The notes beneath the pieces were generated by a model. The model saw only the letters and a list, made by a program, of their open reading frames with translations. It was not told where the DNA came from and made no database searches. Positions 53,590 to 64,000 of a stretch of 64,000 nt of DNA are shown in pieces (position 1 is the stretch's first letter; the number at the start of each line of letters is the position of its first letter). Origin of the DNA: Andalucia godoyi And28. Its lineage: Eukaryota; Protista; Jakobida. Where the stretch lies: the NCBI GenBank assembly GCA_009859145.1, contig VRVR01000004.1:170677-234676 (forward strand). The letters run 5' to 3'. Made by a program: the position numbers and the translations under genes.

Positions 53590-56142
53590 TTAAGTAGACA
53601 AGAGTAAGCCGCCGTCTGTCGAACTTTCTGACGGAGGTGGCGGCGCATCCCGAAGGAAGTGCAAAATGAATGCCGCACGTTTTTTGAAGTCGTTGTTTTT
53701 GGAAAGCGCATTCCCTCCTTTCATTAAAACCGCAGCAAAAATGCATGACAACCGATCCACAGTCAATCCGTTCTTGGCAGAATGGGTGAGCAGTTCGCGC
53801 AGAAAAGCTGTCACGTAGTGGAAGACATTGAAATGCACTGGAGGAAGCGATTTCGCGACAAGTTGCCTTGAGGCCGTCAAGGATGATGACGCATCAAGCG
53901 TTCGCTTCGCTACCTCGAGGGGAATCACCGCCGGGGAAAGGGATTCCAAAAATCGGACTAAACAGACAGCCACGGAATGCACGGATCCTTGGAATCCATT
54001 AAACGACTCATTGCAATCAAGTCGCTCTCGTAAGAACCTGATTTCATCTGGATCTCCAGGATCCTCAAAGAGAGCTTCGGCGTCCATCCCATGTCTGAAA
54101 ATGTAATCCGTCAACCGCCACAATTCTTTGGGTAACTTCAATTTTCGTTGATTTTGTTCGGAAGGGGGCGCAAGCTGGATAGGCAGCGAGCTGCGAACTG
54201 GACCCAATATTGACACCAAATTCTCCAATGAATTTCCAAAGCAGCTTCGCATAAACCTTCCAGAGATTGGAACAAAATGATCTCTTCCGTTCTTCAAATG
54301 CAAGATCAAAATGTCCTCCAACAAATTGGAACCAAGATTCAGCAATGGTGCAGAGTCCTTGTTCACCGTTACCGTGATTTTGACTTCAGCTCGCTCACTC
54401 GGAAGGATCATGCCATCTCTTGGTGAAATGTTGACCCATGGTTTGCAAATTCTGTTCTCGTCAATGCTCGGGACAAAAGCAAATTCAACTAGAACGTTTC
54501 CAGAATTTTGGATCCACAGAGTTTCAGTACGAGGAACGTTATAGTAAACGTCTCCAAAATCAAACCCATCCGAAGACAGACTGCATTCCGGTAACATCTC
54601 ATTCTCCATCTTGTCCAGGAATTTAATAACCTCTCGATAAACCTCCTCATACTTGGCAGGAATGATTTTCCTGAACTCAATGTTGAACATAGAATAAACT
54701 GGACGGTGATCTGAGGACTTCAGCGCATCACATCTTCCATAGCTTTTCTGCTGGATGCCTGAGCCCTTGAACAGAATTCTGTCTGTCCACGCAGGAACAC
54801 GCTTCTTTTCAGAAGAGTCATAATTGTCTGTACCAGGATCATATTTGTACGTTGGAGGAAAAGATATTTTTCCTTCTGTAAATTGCGCCAATACTCGTCC
54901 AGCAGCCTTTTCTACGTTCAACTGATCATGTTTGAGCAAGTAATCAAGATCGTTGCGTACAATTCTCGACTTCACATCTGCATCTTCTAACGGCACTCGA
55001 TAGTTCAAATCTCCGAAAAAGAATATCATGTCATGATCGTAAACGGATTTGCACTTCGATGTAAACGCGAGATTCGCGAGAATGTCGTGGAAGTTCTGAT
55101 TGCGTCGAGCCACATGTCCCATGTGAGCAGCCAAGTGAGCAGTAATGCAGCAGACGCTCGTCTCGTAAAAATCAAAACGCACCGCAACACCACCCTTGTT
55201 TCCCATGATCCCCATGATTCCCACAGCTTGGTACTTTGTCTGAACATTCTTAACGTACATCATATGCTCCTCCTTCACATACACAACGATGAGAATTCCC
55301 ACAAGCTGTTTGGCAACAAGCCTCACGTACTTCGTTGATGACCTGCTGAGGGTCGCAGTGACAGAATCCTCCCAAAATTTGCCATTCGCCGTCTCCTGCG
55401 TCACAAGTGCACCTGCAGTCATGTCGATCTCTTGGAAACCAATGGCAATGATGTCGCTTCCAAGTTCTGGCTGCAGCCAAGCACTCAAATCCTCGACCTT
55501 CTTCTCGTTCACATTCCACGTTCCAACAAAAACGGTGGCCGGAGACGTTGATGTGAACAATGCTTCGCGGAAGCGCATTTGATTTGCTATCCAATCGGCT
55601 CGGATTTGCGAAGACTTGAGCATTGTTGGATCGGCAACAGGGTCGTCTCCAAACGACAGTCCGATGTTCTGATTCGCAGAATCGATGGCTTGAATGCCTT
55701 TCTCAACCTTGGTAAGCCCAAACTTGCCACGATATCCATCAATCCAATTCGGTACGTCTTGGTTCAATCGATTTGCGGAACCTTGTGAAGCTTTCGTCAA
55801 GGCTGTGATGATGTCCCACATTGCCGGGGACGCTGGTGCTTCCATGCACAGAACTTGCGAAGTTGTCCGGAACGCAATTTCAATCATGTTCTCGCCGTTA
55901 ACTTTCACCAGCAAATCAGAAGAAAGCGGGAAAATATTAACAGGATAGATTTCTTCGGAGTCACCGGATCTTGGAAACCCGACCAACAGAAGCGCATGCT
56001 CGGCCTCTTCCTTACGTGACGATATCAGAGCGATGGCGCATGGATCACGAAACTCACCGGCAACGAGCGTTAGTTCAGCTGCAAGAGTACAAGTCTCTGT
56101 AGAATTGAGCAAACCTTCAATACGCTCACGTATGGACGCCAT
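53590..56142 (-). CDS. OCRL: Inositol polyphosphate 5-phosphatase OCRL/INPP5B (5-phosphatase + ASH + RhoGAP-like)
   Basis: FVGTWNVN, IGFQEID, GNKGGV, HLAAH, FFGDLNYR, PTYKYD, PAWTDRIL, SDHRPV, LILHLKNGRDHF, LPKELWRLTDYI. Confidence 0.94.
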   Translation of the reverse strand: MASIRERIEGLLNSTETCTLAAELTLVAGEFRDPCAIALISSRKEEAEHALLLVGFPRSGDSEEIYPVNIFPLSSDLLVKVNGENMIEIAFRTTSQVLCMEAPASPAMWDIITALTKASQGSANRLNQDVPNWIDGYRGKFGLTKVEKGIQAIDSANQNIGLSFGDDPVADPTMLKSSQIRADWIANQMRFREALFTSTSPATVFVGTWNVNEKKVEDLSAWLQPELGSDIIAIGFQEIDMTAGALVTQETANGKFWEDSVTATLSRSSTKYVRLVAKQLVGILIVVYVKEEHMMYVKNVQTKYQAVGIMGIMGNKGGVAVRFDFYETSVCCITAHLAAHMGHVARRNQNFHDILANLAFTSKCKSVYDHDMIFFFGDLNYRVPLEDADVKSRIVRNDLDYLLKHDQLNVEKAAGRVLAQFTEGKISFPPTYKYDPGTDNYDSSEKKRVPAWTDRILFKGSGIQQKSYGRCDALKSSDHRPVYSMFNIEFRKIIPAKYEEVYREVIKFLDKMENEMLPECSLSSDGFDFGDVYYNVPRTETLWIQNSGNVLVEFAFVPSIDENRICKPWVNISPRDGMILPSERAEVKITVTVNKDSAPLLNLGSNLLEDILILHLKNGRDHFVPISGRFMRSCFGNSLENLVSILGPVRSSLPIQLAPPSEQNQRKLKLPKELWRLTDYIFRHGMDAEALFEDPGDPDEIRFLRERLDCNESFNGFQGSVHSVAVCLVRFLESLSPAVIPLEVAKRTLDASSSLTASRQLVAKSLPPVHFNVFHYVTAFLRELLTHSAKNGLTVDRLSCIFAAVLMKGGNALSKNNDFKKRAAFILHFLRDAPPPPSESSTDGGLLLST

Positions 56143-56492
56143 GAGAGGTGTGTGATCAATAATATGCACTGAATACTCAGTTAGTTGTCTGGATTGATTG
56201 GCAGAGTAGGAGGTGGGAAAAGAAAAGGCTCTCTTCATCAGTTGGGACTTTTGTGAGTGTCGTGACCTTTTCTGTAAGGATCGAAAAGTGTCAGAATTTG
56301 TCAGTCGTGCAAAGAAAGACTGACATTTTTCAAAATGCTTATAGACATCTGTCGAACGCAAGCGACGCATCGCAAGTTTTTTTCGCAACTTTTGGCAAAA
56401 AGATCCACCAGCCCACCTTTCGTTTCGCCACCTGATTCCCTGTTTCCGCGAGCAATTCTTCTGTCTGTCAGAGAAAGACAGGAAGTTAAGCA

Positions 56493-58426
56493 AATGGTTG
56501 CAAATGCTGGAGCTGCACCTGCACAAGGCCGCCAACAAGGTGGATGTATGAAATCGTTTCATTTTCGAATGACTTTCATTTCAGCACTTACTTAACGTTT
56601 CTTGTGTAGTTTCATGGGTGCAATTGATATTCCAGGTGGTGTCGATTTCCATCATTTCCAGATATATATTTGGAGGCGGTTCCGCAGGATCGTCTTCTTC
56701 ACACGCAGTGTCTTCTGGGGGGCCTGTCGTTTTTACGAATGCGTGGAGCATAGGGACGAAATTTGTATGCGGTCACATACTATTTATTTTCTATTTTTCC
56801 GTCGTTTGCGGAGCAATCTACTTACTTTTCATTCATTAGGATGTCCATATTTACACAAGTGGTGACTCTGTGTTTGATTTTGAAACTGCTTCGCTTTTTG
56901 AGTCCTCCAAGGGGTTGACTTACGATTGGATTGAACCAAATGAAGTTTTGTTCGAGAATACGTGGCTGGTATCCAGAAACGTGGAGGAATTCATCTCCAA
57001 ACGAAAGTACCTGCATGCCGTCTTTGCCATGTCCGATGTTCCGTATCCTCCGGACTGCTTGAAATGTGGTTCGAGTGATGTTTGCTATCAATGCAATTCG
57101 TGTGTTCATGTTTCAAGGCGTATGGATTCAATCGTGATCGAATGGCTGTGTGCATGCTTGAATATGCTCTAATGTTTGCTTTTTTTCTGAGACTCAACAG
57201 GTATTATTGAAGATGCAGCGGTAAAAAACGTTGCAAAGATCAATTTGTTGACAGACGGCTCGGCGACTCCAGCTTCTGCGTCTGAACCACGAGTTGTGCC
57301 GCATTTTGTTCCGGATATATTGATCCAGCTGGTCGTCGATGACAACCGCGTACCAGAAGCTCAGTTGGTAGCTCCAGTGAAAGATTATGTCAAAGTCAAT
57401 CTGGAAGACAAGACGTACAAGCCTATCACTTTCTTTAATGAGTTCTACATGATGAAGGATCATCGCGTTCCGCTGAACGATACTGTGGAAGATGTGCATT
57501 TTAAGTTGTCGATATCAATGACCTCCAACTGGAAATTCATGCTTTCGGTTCAGATGATTAGCATGTTTAGCCAGCAGAAATCTATGGGAATGAGTGATGA
57601 TCGTGCCGAAGAAGACATGAAAAGAATGTTCATCGAGACAAATCCCATTTTGTTGGGTGTCACCATGACCGTTTCATTGCTCCACATGATTTTTGAATTC
57701 TTGGCGTTTAAGAATGATATCCAGTTCTGGAAGAATAACAAGAGTTTAGAAGGGCTCTCTGTGCGTACCGTTTTCATCAATTGTTTATCCCAGCTTGTTA
57801 TCTTTTTGTACTTGCTGGACAATGAAACGTCTTGGATGATCGTCCTCAGTTCTGGAATTGGCGTTCTCATTGAATTTTGGAAGATCAATCGCGTTGTCAA
57901 TGTGTCTTGGGATTTTACTCGCAGTGTTCCTCGTGTCAGATTCGCCACTAAAGAGTCATATAACAGATCGCGAACTCGCGAGTTTGACGAAATTGCGACC
58001 AGGTACCTTTCTTATGCTGCTGGCATCTTGATGGTAGGCTACACTGTTTACTCAATTGTTTATGAGTCGCACAAAGGCTGGTATTCTTTCGTTGTTAACA
58101 CTCTAGTTGGCTTCATTTACGTTTTCGGATTCATTGCGCTGACACCGCAGCTTTTCATCAACTACAAGCTGAAATCCGTCGCACATCTTCCGTGGAGAAC
58201 TTTCATCTACAAGTTTCTCAACACCTTCATTGATGATCTGTTCGCGTTCGTCATCAAGATGCCGACTTTGCATAGAATTGCCTGCCTGCGAGACGATGTC
58301 GTATTTTTGCTATTGCTCTACCAGCGCTGGATATATCCAGTTGACAAACAAAGAACCGAATCAGGATCCATACCAGAATCCCCCTCTGTGGCTGGCAATT
58401 CACAAAAGGACGAAAAACAAGACTGA
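56493..58426 (+). CDS. CLPTM1: CLPTM1/CLPTM1L-family lipid scramblase, multi-exon
   Basis: YKPITFFNEFY, MKRMFIETNPILLGVTMTVSLLHMIFEFLAFKNDIQFW, PQLFINYKLKSVAHLPWR, TFIDDLFAFVIKMPTLHRIACLRDDVVF; upstream small exons inferred from GT/AG. Confidence 0.93.
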
Positions 58427-58449
58427 AAAGAAAATGCTGAGAAGCACAT

Positions 58450-59406
58450 TTAGCTCGATCCGTGCGAAATCATTTTAGATACTTCAACGAATCCGTAAAA
58501 ACCATCTACATCTTCCAAATGCACTTCTCCTGCATAAGCGGTTTTTGCATTGGCACACCCGCAAGCGAGCCCCAGCCTGCAAGAATTGACAATATCAAGA
58601 CCTCTCCTTAAACCAACGGCAAGGCCTGCAGCGCATGCGTCACCAGATCCAATTGGGCTCACGACATCGACAGACGGAACGGTGAATATCCAAGATTGGT
58701 TCACACAGGTCAAAATCGCACTCGCAGATCCACGAGTAACAAAGACATACGCAGCTCCTTCGCTGCACAACTCCCTCGAAGCAACAATTACAGCGTCGTC
58801 ATCGCGTAACGCCCGTCCAACTGTTGCCTCTAATTCATGGATGTTGGGCTTCACTAAAAACGGGCAACGGGGCAAGGCATTCTTCAAATACGGTCCTTTG
58901 GCATCCAAAATGCACTTCACGCTGGCAGTTCGCGCTGCCGACACACAATCTGCATAGAAATCTTCTGGGGCGTTTGGTGGAAGCGAACCCGAAAAAACAA
59001 CACAGGAGACTTCGCTTCTCTCAGAGAACGCTTGATGCAGCATTGCCAAGCAGTCCGTATAATAATTGACGGATAATTCAGATGATTCTTGCACTAACTC
59101 GGTTGCTGTTCTCGCTTGCACATCCAGACAAGTGATGCACACCCGTGTTGAGTGCTCGCAAGACAATATCCCGTGTTCAATTCCGTTAGTGTCACAAAAA
59201 TCCTGCAGCATTTGTTTTGCATCACAACCAATAACGGTGAGTGCTAACACTCTCTCCCCTAATGTACGAATGACGTTGGAAACATTCAATGATTTTCCTG
59301 CAATTCGCACCTCCACGCGATTCGTTCTGTTGACTTCATCAATTTTGAAAGAGCTAAAGAACATGACACGGGACAGTGCTGGAGTCATGCCAAACGTGAA
59401 AATCAT
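58450..59406 (-). CDS. PfkB-family sugar-phosphate kinase, 1-phosphofructokinase/tagatose-6-phosphate kinase (FruK/LacC) type
   Basis: TFGMTPALSRV, AGKSLNVS, FSGSLPP, FLVKPNIHEL, VTRGSAS, SPIGSGDACAAG; intronless. Confidence 0.88.
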   Translation of the reverse strand: MIFTFGMTPALSRVMFFSSFKIDEVNRTNRVEVRIAGKSLNVSNVIRTLGERVLALTVIGCDAKQMLQDFCDTNGIEHGILSCEHSTRVCITCLDVQARTATELVQESSELSVNYYTDCLAMLHQAFSERSEVSCVVFSGSLPPNAPEDFYADCVSAARTASVKCILDAKGPYLKNALPRCPFLVKPNIHELEATVGRALRDDDAVIVASRELCSEGAAYVFVTRGSASAILTCVNQSWIFTVPSVDVVSPIGSGDACAAGLAVGLRRGLDIVNSCRLGLACGCANAKTAYAGEVHLEDVDGFYGFVEVSKMISHGSS

Positions 59407-59728
59407 TCTTCAGTGCGATGTGCAAGAACAAACCATCAGACTCGGAGAAAAAACGAAGAGCCAGAAAAGAAAACGAGTGCCTGTCGAACAAAGTTGGGCA
59501 TGCGGCATATTGAAAGAAATCTTGTTGGCCACCGTGTCAAAGGAGGCACGTAAAATAAATGAAAAACCAGCTGATAACTTGAGGTCAAGCAAATCGTTGG
59601 GCTGCACGGGCTCAGTCAGTCTTTTTGTTTGTTCGTTGTGTGTGATTTCTGTTTTTCCAACGGAAGCTCTTTTTATGTCTTTTGTTTCCCGCCTGCAAGA
59701 CAGCATTCCAGCGTAAGTTTCCTGTTTC

Positions 59729-60858
59729 ATGAACATGTCTGCAACCAATCTGAAGCCGTTGTATGCACCATTTGAACCGTTTTCATCTGGATACATAAAA
59801 GTATCGGATTTGCACACCGTCTACTACGAATTGAGTGGAAATCCCAACGGGAAGCCTGTTGTTTTCCTTCATGGAGGTCCGGGGTATGGGTTTTTTTCCC
59901 TTTCGTTCTTTTTGTTCATTAGCCTCTTTTATGGAGATTCAGACATCTCACACTTCGTAGTGGCTCAGTTTCAGGGTCTGTTAAGTACCGCCAATTCTTC
60001 AATCCAGAGAAGTGGCTCGTAGTCGGGTTTGACCAGCGCGGGTGCGGTAAATCCACTCCGTTTGCTGAACTCCGGGAAAATGATACCTGGGCACTTGTTT
60101 CGGACATCGAGAAGATCCGTGAGCACCTTAAGATTGAAAAGTGGACGGTGTTTGGAGGCAGCTGGGGATCGACGCTCGCTCTCGCGTATGCTGAAACCCA
60201 CGTGTCACGAGTCCTTGGTCTGATCTTGCGTGGAATTTTTCTGCTTCGCAAGAAGGAGATCGATTGGTTTTACCAAGAAGGAGCATCATTTTTGTTTCCG
60301 GAATTCTGGGAGCAGTATCTGTCGCCCATTCCTGTCAAGGAAAGGGGCGATCTGGTCGTCGCGTATCACAAGCGTTTAACAGGTGCAAACGAAGCGGAAA
60401 AACTGGAATGCTGCCGGCAGTGGGCGATCTGGGAGGGAAGAACCTGTACTCTTGTCACTGACCCGTCGAACGAAGAGAAGTATGGGGGTGATCTGTTTTC
60501 CCTTGCAGTATGTCTTTTTCTTCTGTACCCATCCATTCCACTCCAGCCCTCCTATATTTTATCTCACTAACTTGCTTGACAATCTCCGCAGTTTGCACGA
60601 ATTGAGAACCATTATTTCTTCAACAATGGTTTCCAAAAATTTGATGGACAGTTCCTCGAGGAAGCGTCGAAGATTTCGGACGCTCAGATTCCGACGTTCA
60701 TCGTGCAAGGACGATATGACGTGGTCTGCCCGGCCGTGTCGGCATGGGAGTTGAAGAAAGTGATTCCGAGTGCCGAGCTGCACGTTGTTCTCTCAGGTCA
60801 CTCTGCCTTTGAGGAGGAAATTGCATCGAAGCTTGTGGAAGCAACCGATAAGTTTTGA
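59729..60858 (+). CDS. pip: Proline iminopeptidase (prolyl aminopeptidase), 3 exons
   Basis: VYYELSGNPNGKPVVFLHGGPG|G, FDQRGCGKS, VFGGSWGSTLALAYA, ILRGIF, FARIENHYF, VQGRYDVVCP, GHSAFE. Confidence 0.94.
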
Positions 60859-60962
60859 CAAGTATAAAACTTTGATACGATTCGCAGGACGAGAAAGAAA
60901 AATAAATGTTTACAAGTCTTGCCATTGTACATGTAGTTTTCGTTTGGCTGGAGGCATAATCA

Positions 60963-61394
60963 CTACTGGTCAATATCTTCGTTGATGTCTTCAACAGTTG
61001 AATTCTTCACCTTCTCCTCGAAAGCAGGAGTACGGAAGAGACGGATGGTAACCTTGGCTTTCCGAGATGATTCTTCATCTTTCGCGTCGACAGAACTAGT
61101 TTCGATTTTCGACACCGTGGCAACATTGTTCTTTTTCAAAATCTCGGTTGCCGACACAACAGTCTTGATCGCTGCACAGACAATAAAAATGAGATCGCAG
61201 ACGAAGAAACTACTAGATTACAGAAAAGACACAGGTGCAAAAATCGCAAGAACGTGATACATACCATTTCCCAATCCCGAGAGTTCAACGTCGGCAGAAG
61301 ACTTCAGTTGCTTCTGAGCAAGGTTTGCGTAAAACCCAGCTGAGCGCTTTCCCGAAACTTGGACGATATTATCAGCAACAGTTGTCGAAGCCAT
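60963..61394 (-). CDS. ALBA: Alba DNA/RNA-binding protein, 2 exons
   Basis: IVQVSGKRSAGFYANLAQKQL..DVELSGLG|AIKTVVSATEILK..VSKIETS..KAKVTIRL. Confidence 0.88.
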
Positions 61395-61781
61395 CGTTGG
61401 ATGCGTAGAATAAAAATAACAATTGTTCAGAAGTCTTGGGAAATTAAAAGGAGGGAAAATATCGAAGCAGCCAAAAGGACCTCCCAATGCCATTCAAGAG
61501 CGGAAGGGTTCAGGAACCTGGGGGCTGAGAAGCCACCCCAAAAGACCCAAAACAGACCCGAGCCGCTGGCCGTAGCGACCGGCATTTTCCAAAAAAAAGT
61601 CGATTTTTCAACAAAAAAAATTTCCAGAGGGGGGGGGGGGAGGGGAGGGCGATGGGGTTTTCAGATCTGGTCAAAGCGGGTGGTTTACTATTTGCAGGTT
61701 TTCAGATTGGATGGATGCTTTTTCCTTTTCTTTTCTTTCTTTGATTTGTTCTCCACAATCAATTCCTTTTATTAATAGACA

Positions 61782-62957
61782 ATGCCTCGGAAAGCGCCGA
61801 AAATCGAGCTGTCTTCCATTGAGGCTACATCTGCGGATGATGTGTCTTCCTCCGGAACGTTCACCAACGGAGCATTTGAGATCAATCGCTACGGCGTTGT
61901 GGGTTCTCATGGTGATCGTACCCGACATGTGGTCGCGCTGGATGACGAGAATCACACAGTTGTCAACAATGTCGATGAACTTATTCCAATCCGCCGACTT
62001 GGACAAGGGGCTTCAGGAACAGTGGAACTTATGCAACATCCTGGGACAGGCCGAATCGTTGCTGTGAAGCACATCAACGTCTTCGATGCCGGAAAGCGTC
62101 TCCAAATTACAAAGGAATTAGAGACTCTCTTTTCTGCGCATCATCCGAACATTGTGAAGTTTATGGGAGCGTTTTACTCAGATGGTGCTATCTCCCTGGT
62201 CCTCGAATACATGGATGCTGGTTCTTTAGGGGACGTTGTCCAGAAGTACGGTCCGCTTCCGGAAGGCGCTATTGCCAAGGTTGCTGAATCTGTCCTCTTG
62301 GGGCTGCATTACATGCACAAGACGCTGCATTGCGTGCATCGTGACCTCAAACCATCGAATCTGCTTCTCAATTCACGAGGTGAGGTGAAGATCTCGGACT
62401 TTGGAGTTTCTGCTCAAGTTGCCCATACTGCTGCCGAATGTGCCACTTTTGTGGGCACTGTGACGTACATGTCACCGGAGCGAATTTCTGGTGGGACCTA
62501 TTCAAGCGCCGCAGATGTGTGGGCTCTTGGACTGTCCCTTGTTGAGCTGGCGCTTGGCGAGTTTCCCTACAAGAAAATCATTGGTGGACGCGATATCACT
62601 TTCTGGGCATTGTTAACAATCATTCGTTCTCAACCGGCTCCTTCGTTGCCGAAGAGCCACTTCAGCGAGGACTTCATCTCATTTGTTGACTGTTGCCTCA
62701 GGAAGGATCCTGCCGATCGACCATCGTGCTCGGAGTTGCTTAATCATCCATTCATCATTAACAACGCTCTCAATGGTGTCAGTGTGGACGACACCGTGCA
62801 ATCGCTGGCGCAAAATTGTTTCCGCCAAACAAGACCTGCGAATTCTCTTGATGGAGGAGCATTCTCTGTCACTGTCGGTAGTGGAGGGGCGGAAGCATCA
62901 GAGGATGAAATTGAAAGCCTGCTGGCTCAACAGTTGACTTTGAGCGGTCCACAGTAG
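61782..62957 (+). CDS. MAP kinase kinase (STE7/MEK family)
   Basis: LGQGASGTV, VAVK, ISLVLEYMDAGSL, HRDLKPSN, KISDFG, TFVGTVTYMSPER. Confidence 0.93.
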   Translation: MPRKAPKIELSSIEATSADDVSSSGTFTNGAFEINRYGVVGSHGDRTRHVVALDDENHTVVNNVDELIPIRRLGQGASGTVELMQHPGTGRIVAVKHINVFDAGKRLQITKELETLFSAHHPNIVKFMGAFYSDGAISLVLEYMDAGSLGDVVQKYGPLPEGAIAKVAESVLLGLHYMHKTLHCVHRDLKPSNLLLNSRGEVKISDFGVSAQVAHTAAECATFVGTVTYMSPERISGGTYSSAADVWALGLSLVELALGEFPYKKIIGGRDITFWALLTIIRSQPAPSLPKSHFSEDFISFVDCCLRKDPADRPSCSELLNHPFIINNALNGVSVDDTVQSLAQNCFRQTRPANSLDGGAFSVTVGSGGAEASEDEIESLLAQQLTLSGPQ

Positions 62958-64000
62958 TTGGAGCTATCTCTTGTGTTCATCCCGAGAGTTTGTATGTTTT
63001 CTTCCATGTATTGTACTGTCTGATAGATAAACACGAATGTCCATTAGCTCATGTCGCAGTCCGTTTTCATATTCTTTCACTAGAGCCATCTGCGGCATGG
63101 CGTGCACATCGCACAGAACCGGCAAAGGGACGTGGTTAGAAATCCTCCAGTTGGAATGTTCGTACATTAAACGTAATCCGAACAAGTCGAAAACTCAGCA
63201 TCCCTGTTGCAAAACAAAACAAAAACAAAAACAAAAACAGGGGACGCAGGTCTCGGCGACGCCGAGACAGAAAACATCTCACAGAAATTCTGCGACAACA
63301 GTTTATCGTTTACTCGTCAGGTCAACGCATTACAGAAAGCACAGAGCATTCCGTTATCTACATAAAATCATCCACCAGCTCGGTAAGAAAAGGTCAAACT
63401 GCAACACAAGAAAACCCATTAGCACAATCACAGGATACTGAAATCGAAAAAAAACCCACACGGCACCGAAAAAACAAACAAACGGGATAGGCCAAATGGA
63501 AGGACGATGGACCGCGCAGATATGACAGACAGTTTGCAAGTGGGTACCAGACCCGGAAAGCAAAACTGAGCGGGTCGATGACAACACCAAAGCCAGGCGG
63601 ATGACGACGCAAAAACAAAAAAAAGACTGCGAAACACCTGTAAAGGGTATAGACAGTTGTCACAAATCAATCCGAAATTCGACAAACATTGTTGGGCAGG
63701 CAATGCAAGATGGTCCGGAAAAGAAAACTGTCTGAAGCAGCGACAGAAATGAGCAACAGAGCACAAAATTCGAAGTGTGTATGTGAAGTAGTCTGGAGTC
63801 CTGCAGTTTTAGACGCTGGCTGAGAGTACCAAAAGATGCACATCCTTCGGTGCTGCTTCATCAGCGTGTTTGCGGCCAAGGCAGCGATTCCCGGCCATAT
63901 GCTCGATGCGAAACTTGCCACAAACTCGTGGGTTCTGCGGTTTCTAGATCATGTCACATGCATCTACACCACGCACATGCCGGCAAGTCACATTCTTCGA

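Noticed and set aside
63250-63268. Perfect palindrome GTCTCGGCG-A-CGCCGAGAC
   Set aside because: Single isolated 19-nt inverted repeat with no supporting context
62964-64000. Possible minus-strand multi-exon membrane protein at the window end
   Set aside because: Several short, mutually inconsistent ORFs; no gene model or family could be supported

Overview
Gene-dense eukaryotic nuclear DNA from a compact-genome, probably flagellated and aerobic protist (IFT70/TTC30, complex I assembly factor NDUFAF7, short GTATG...AG introns, many microsatellites and polyQ tracts). About 30 protein-coding genes are recognisable: AAA+ ATPase (partial), TBL1, a membrane-anchored saposin-like protein, BCAT, NDUFAF7, a Tim44-like protein, IFT70, kynurenine-type aminotransferase, two tandem Stealth-family phosphotransferases, FERM-LRR, JMJD7, OSBP, RPN12, a multi-BRCT protein, alpha/beta hydrolase, DCP2, EFR3, CYC8/SSN6, TFB2, OCRL/INPP5B, CLPTM1, a bacterial-type FruK/LacC kinase, proline iminopeptidase, Alba, a MAP2K and several orphans. 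The main discovery is a family of eukaryotic IS607/Fanzor2 (OMEGA RNA-guided nuclease) transposon relics that the ORF track does not show as such. (i) A degenerate element at ~22451-23437 carries remnants of both the TnpA serine recombinase and Fanzor2, with all three RuvC motifs and the Zn finger. (ii) A ~160-bp non-autonomous derivative at ~4750-4911 consists only of the joined left and right ends of that element. (iii) A second, divergent Fanzor2 relic lies at ~9063-9416. Their 3' ends contain hairpins consistent with an omega-RNA scaffold. All assignments come from motif recognition by eye; no database searches were run.
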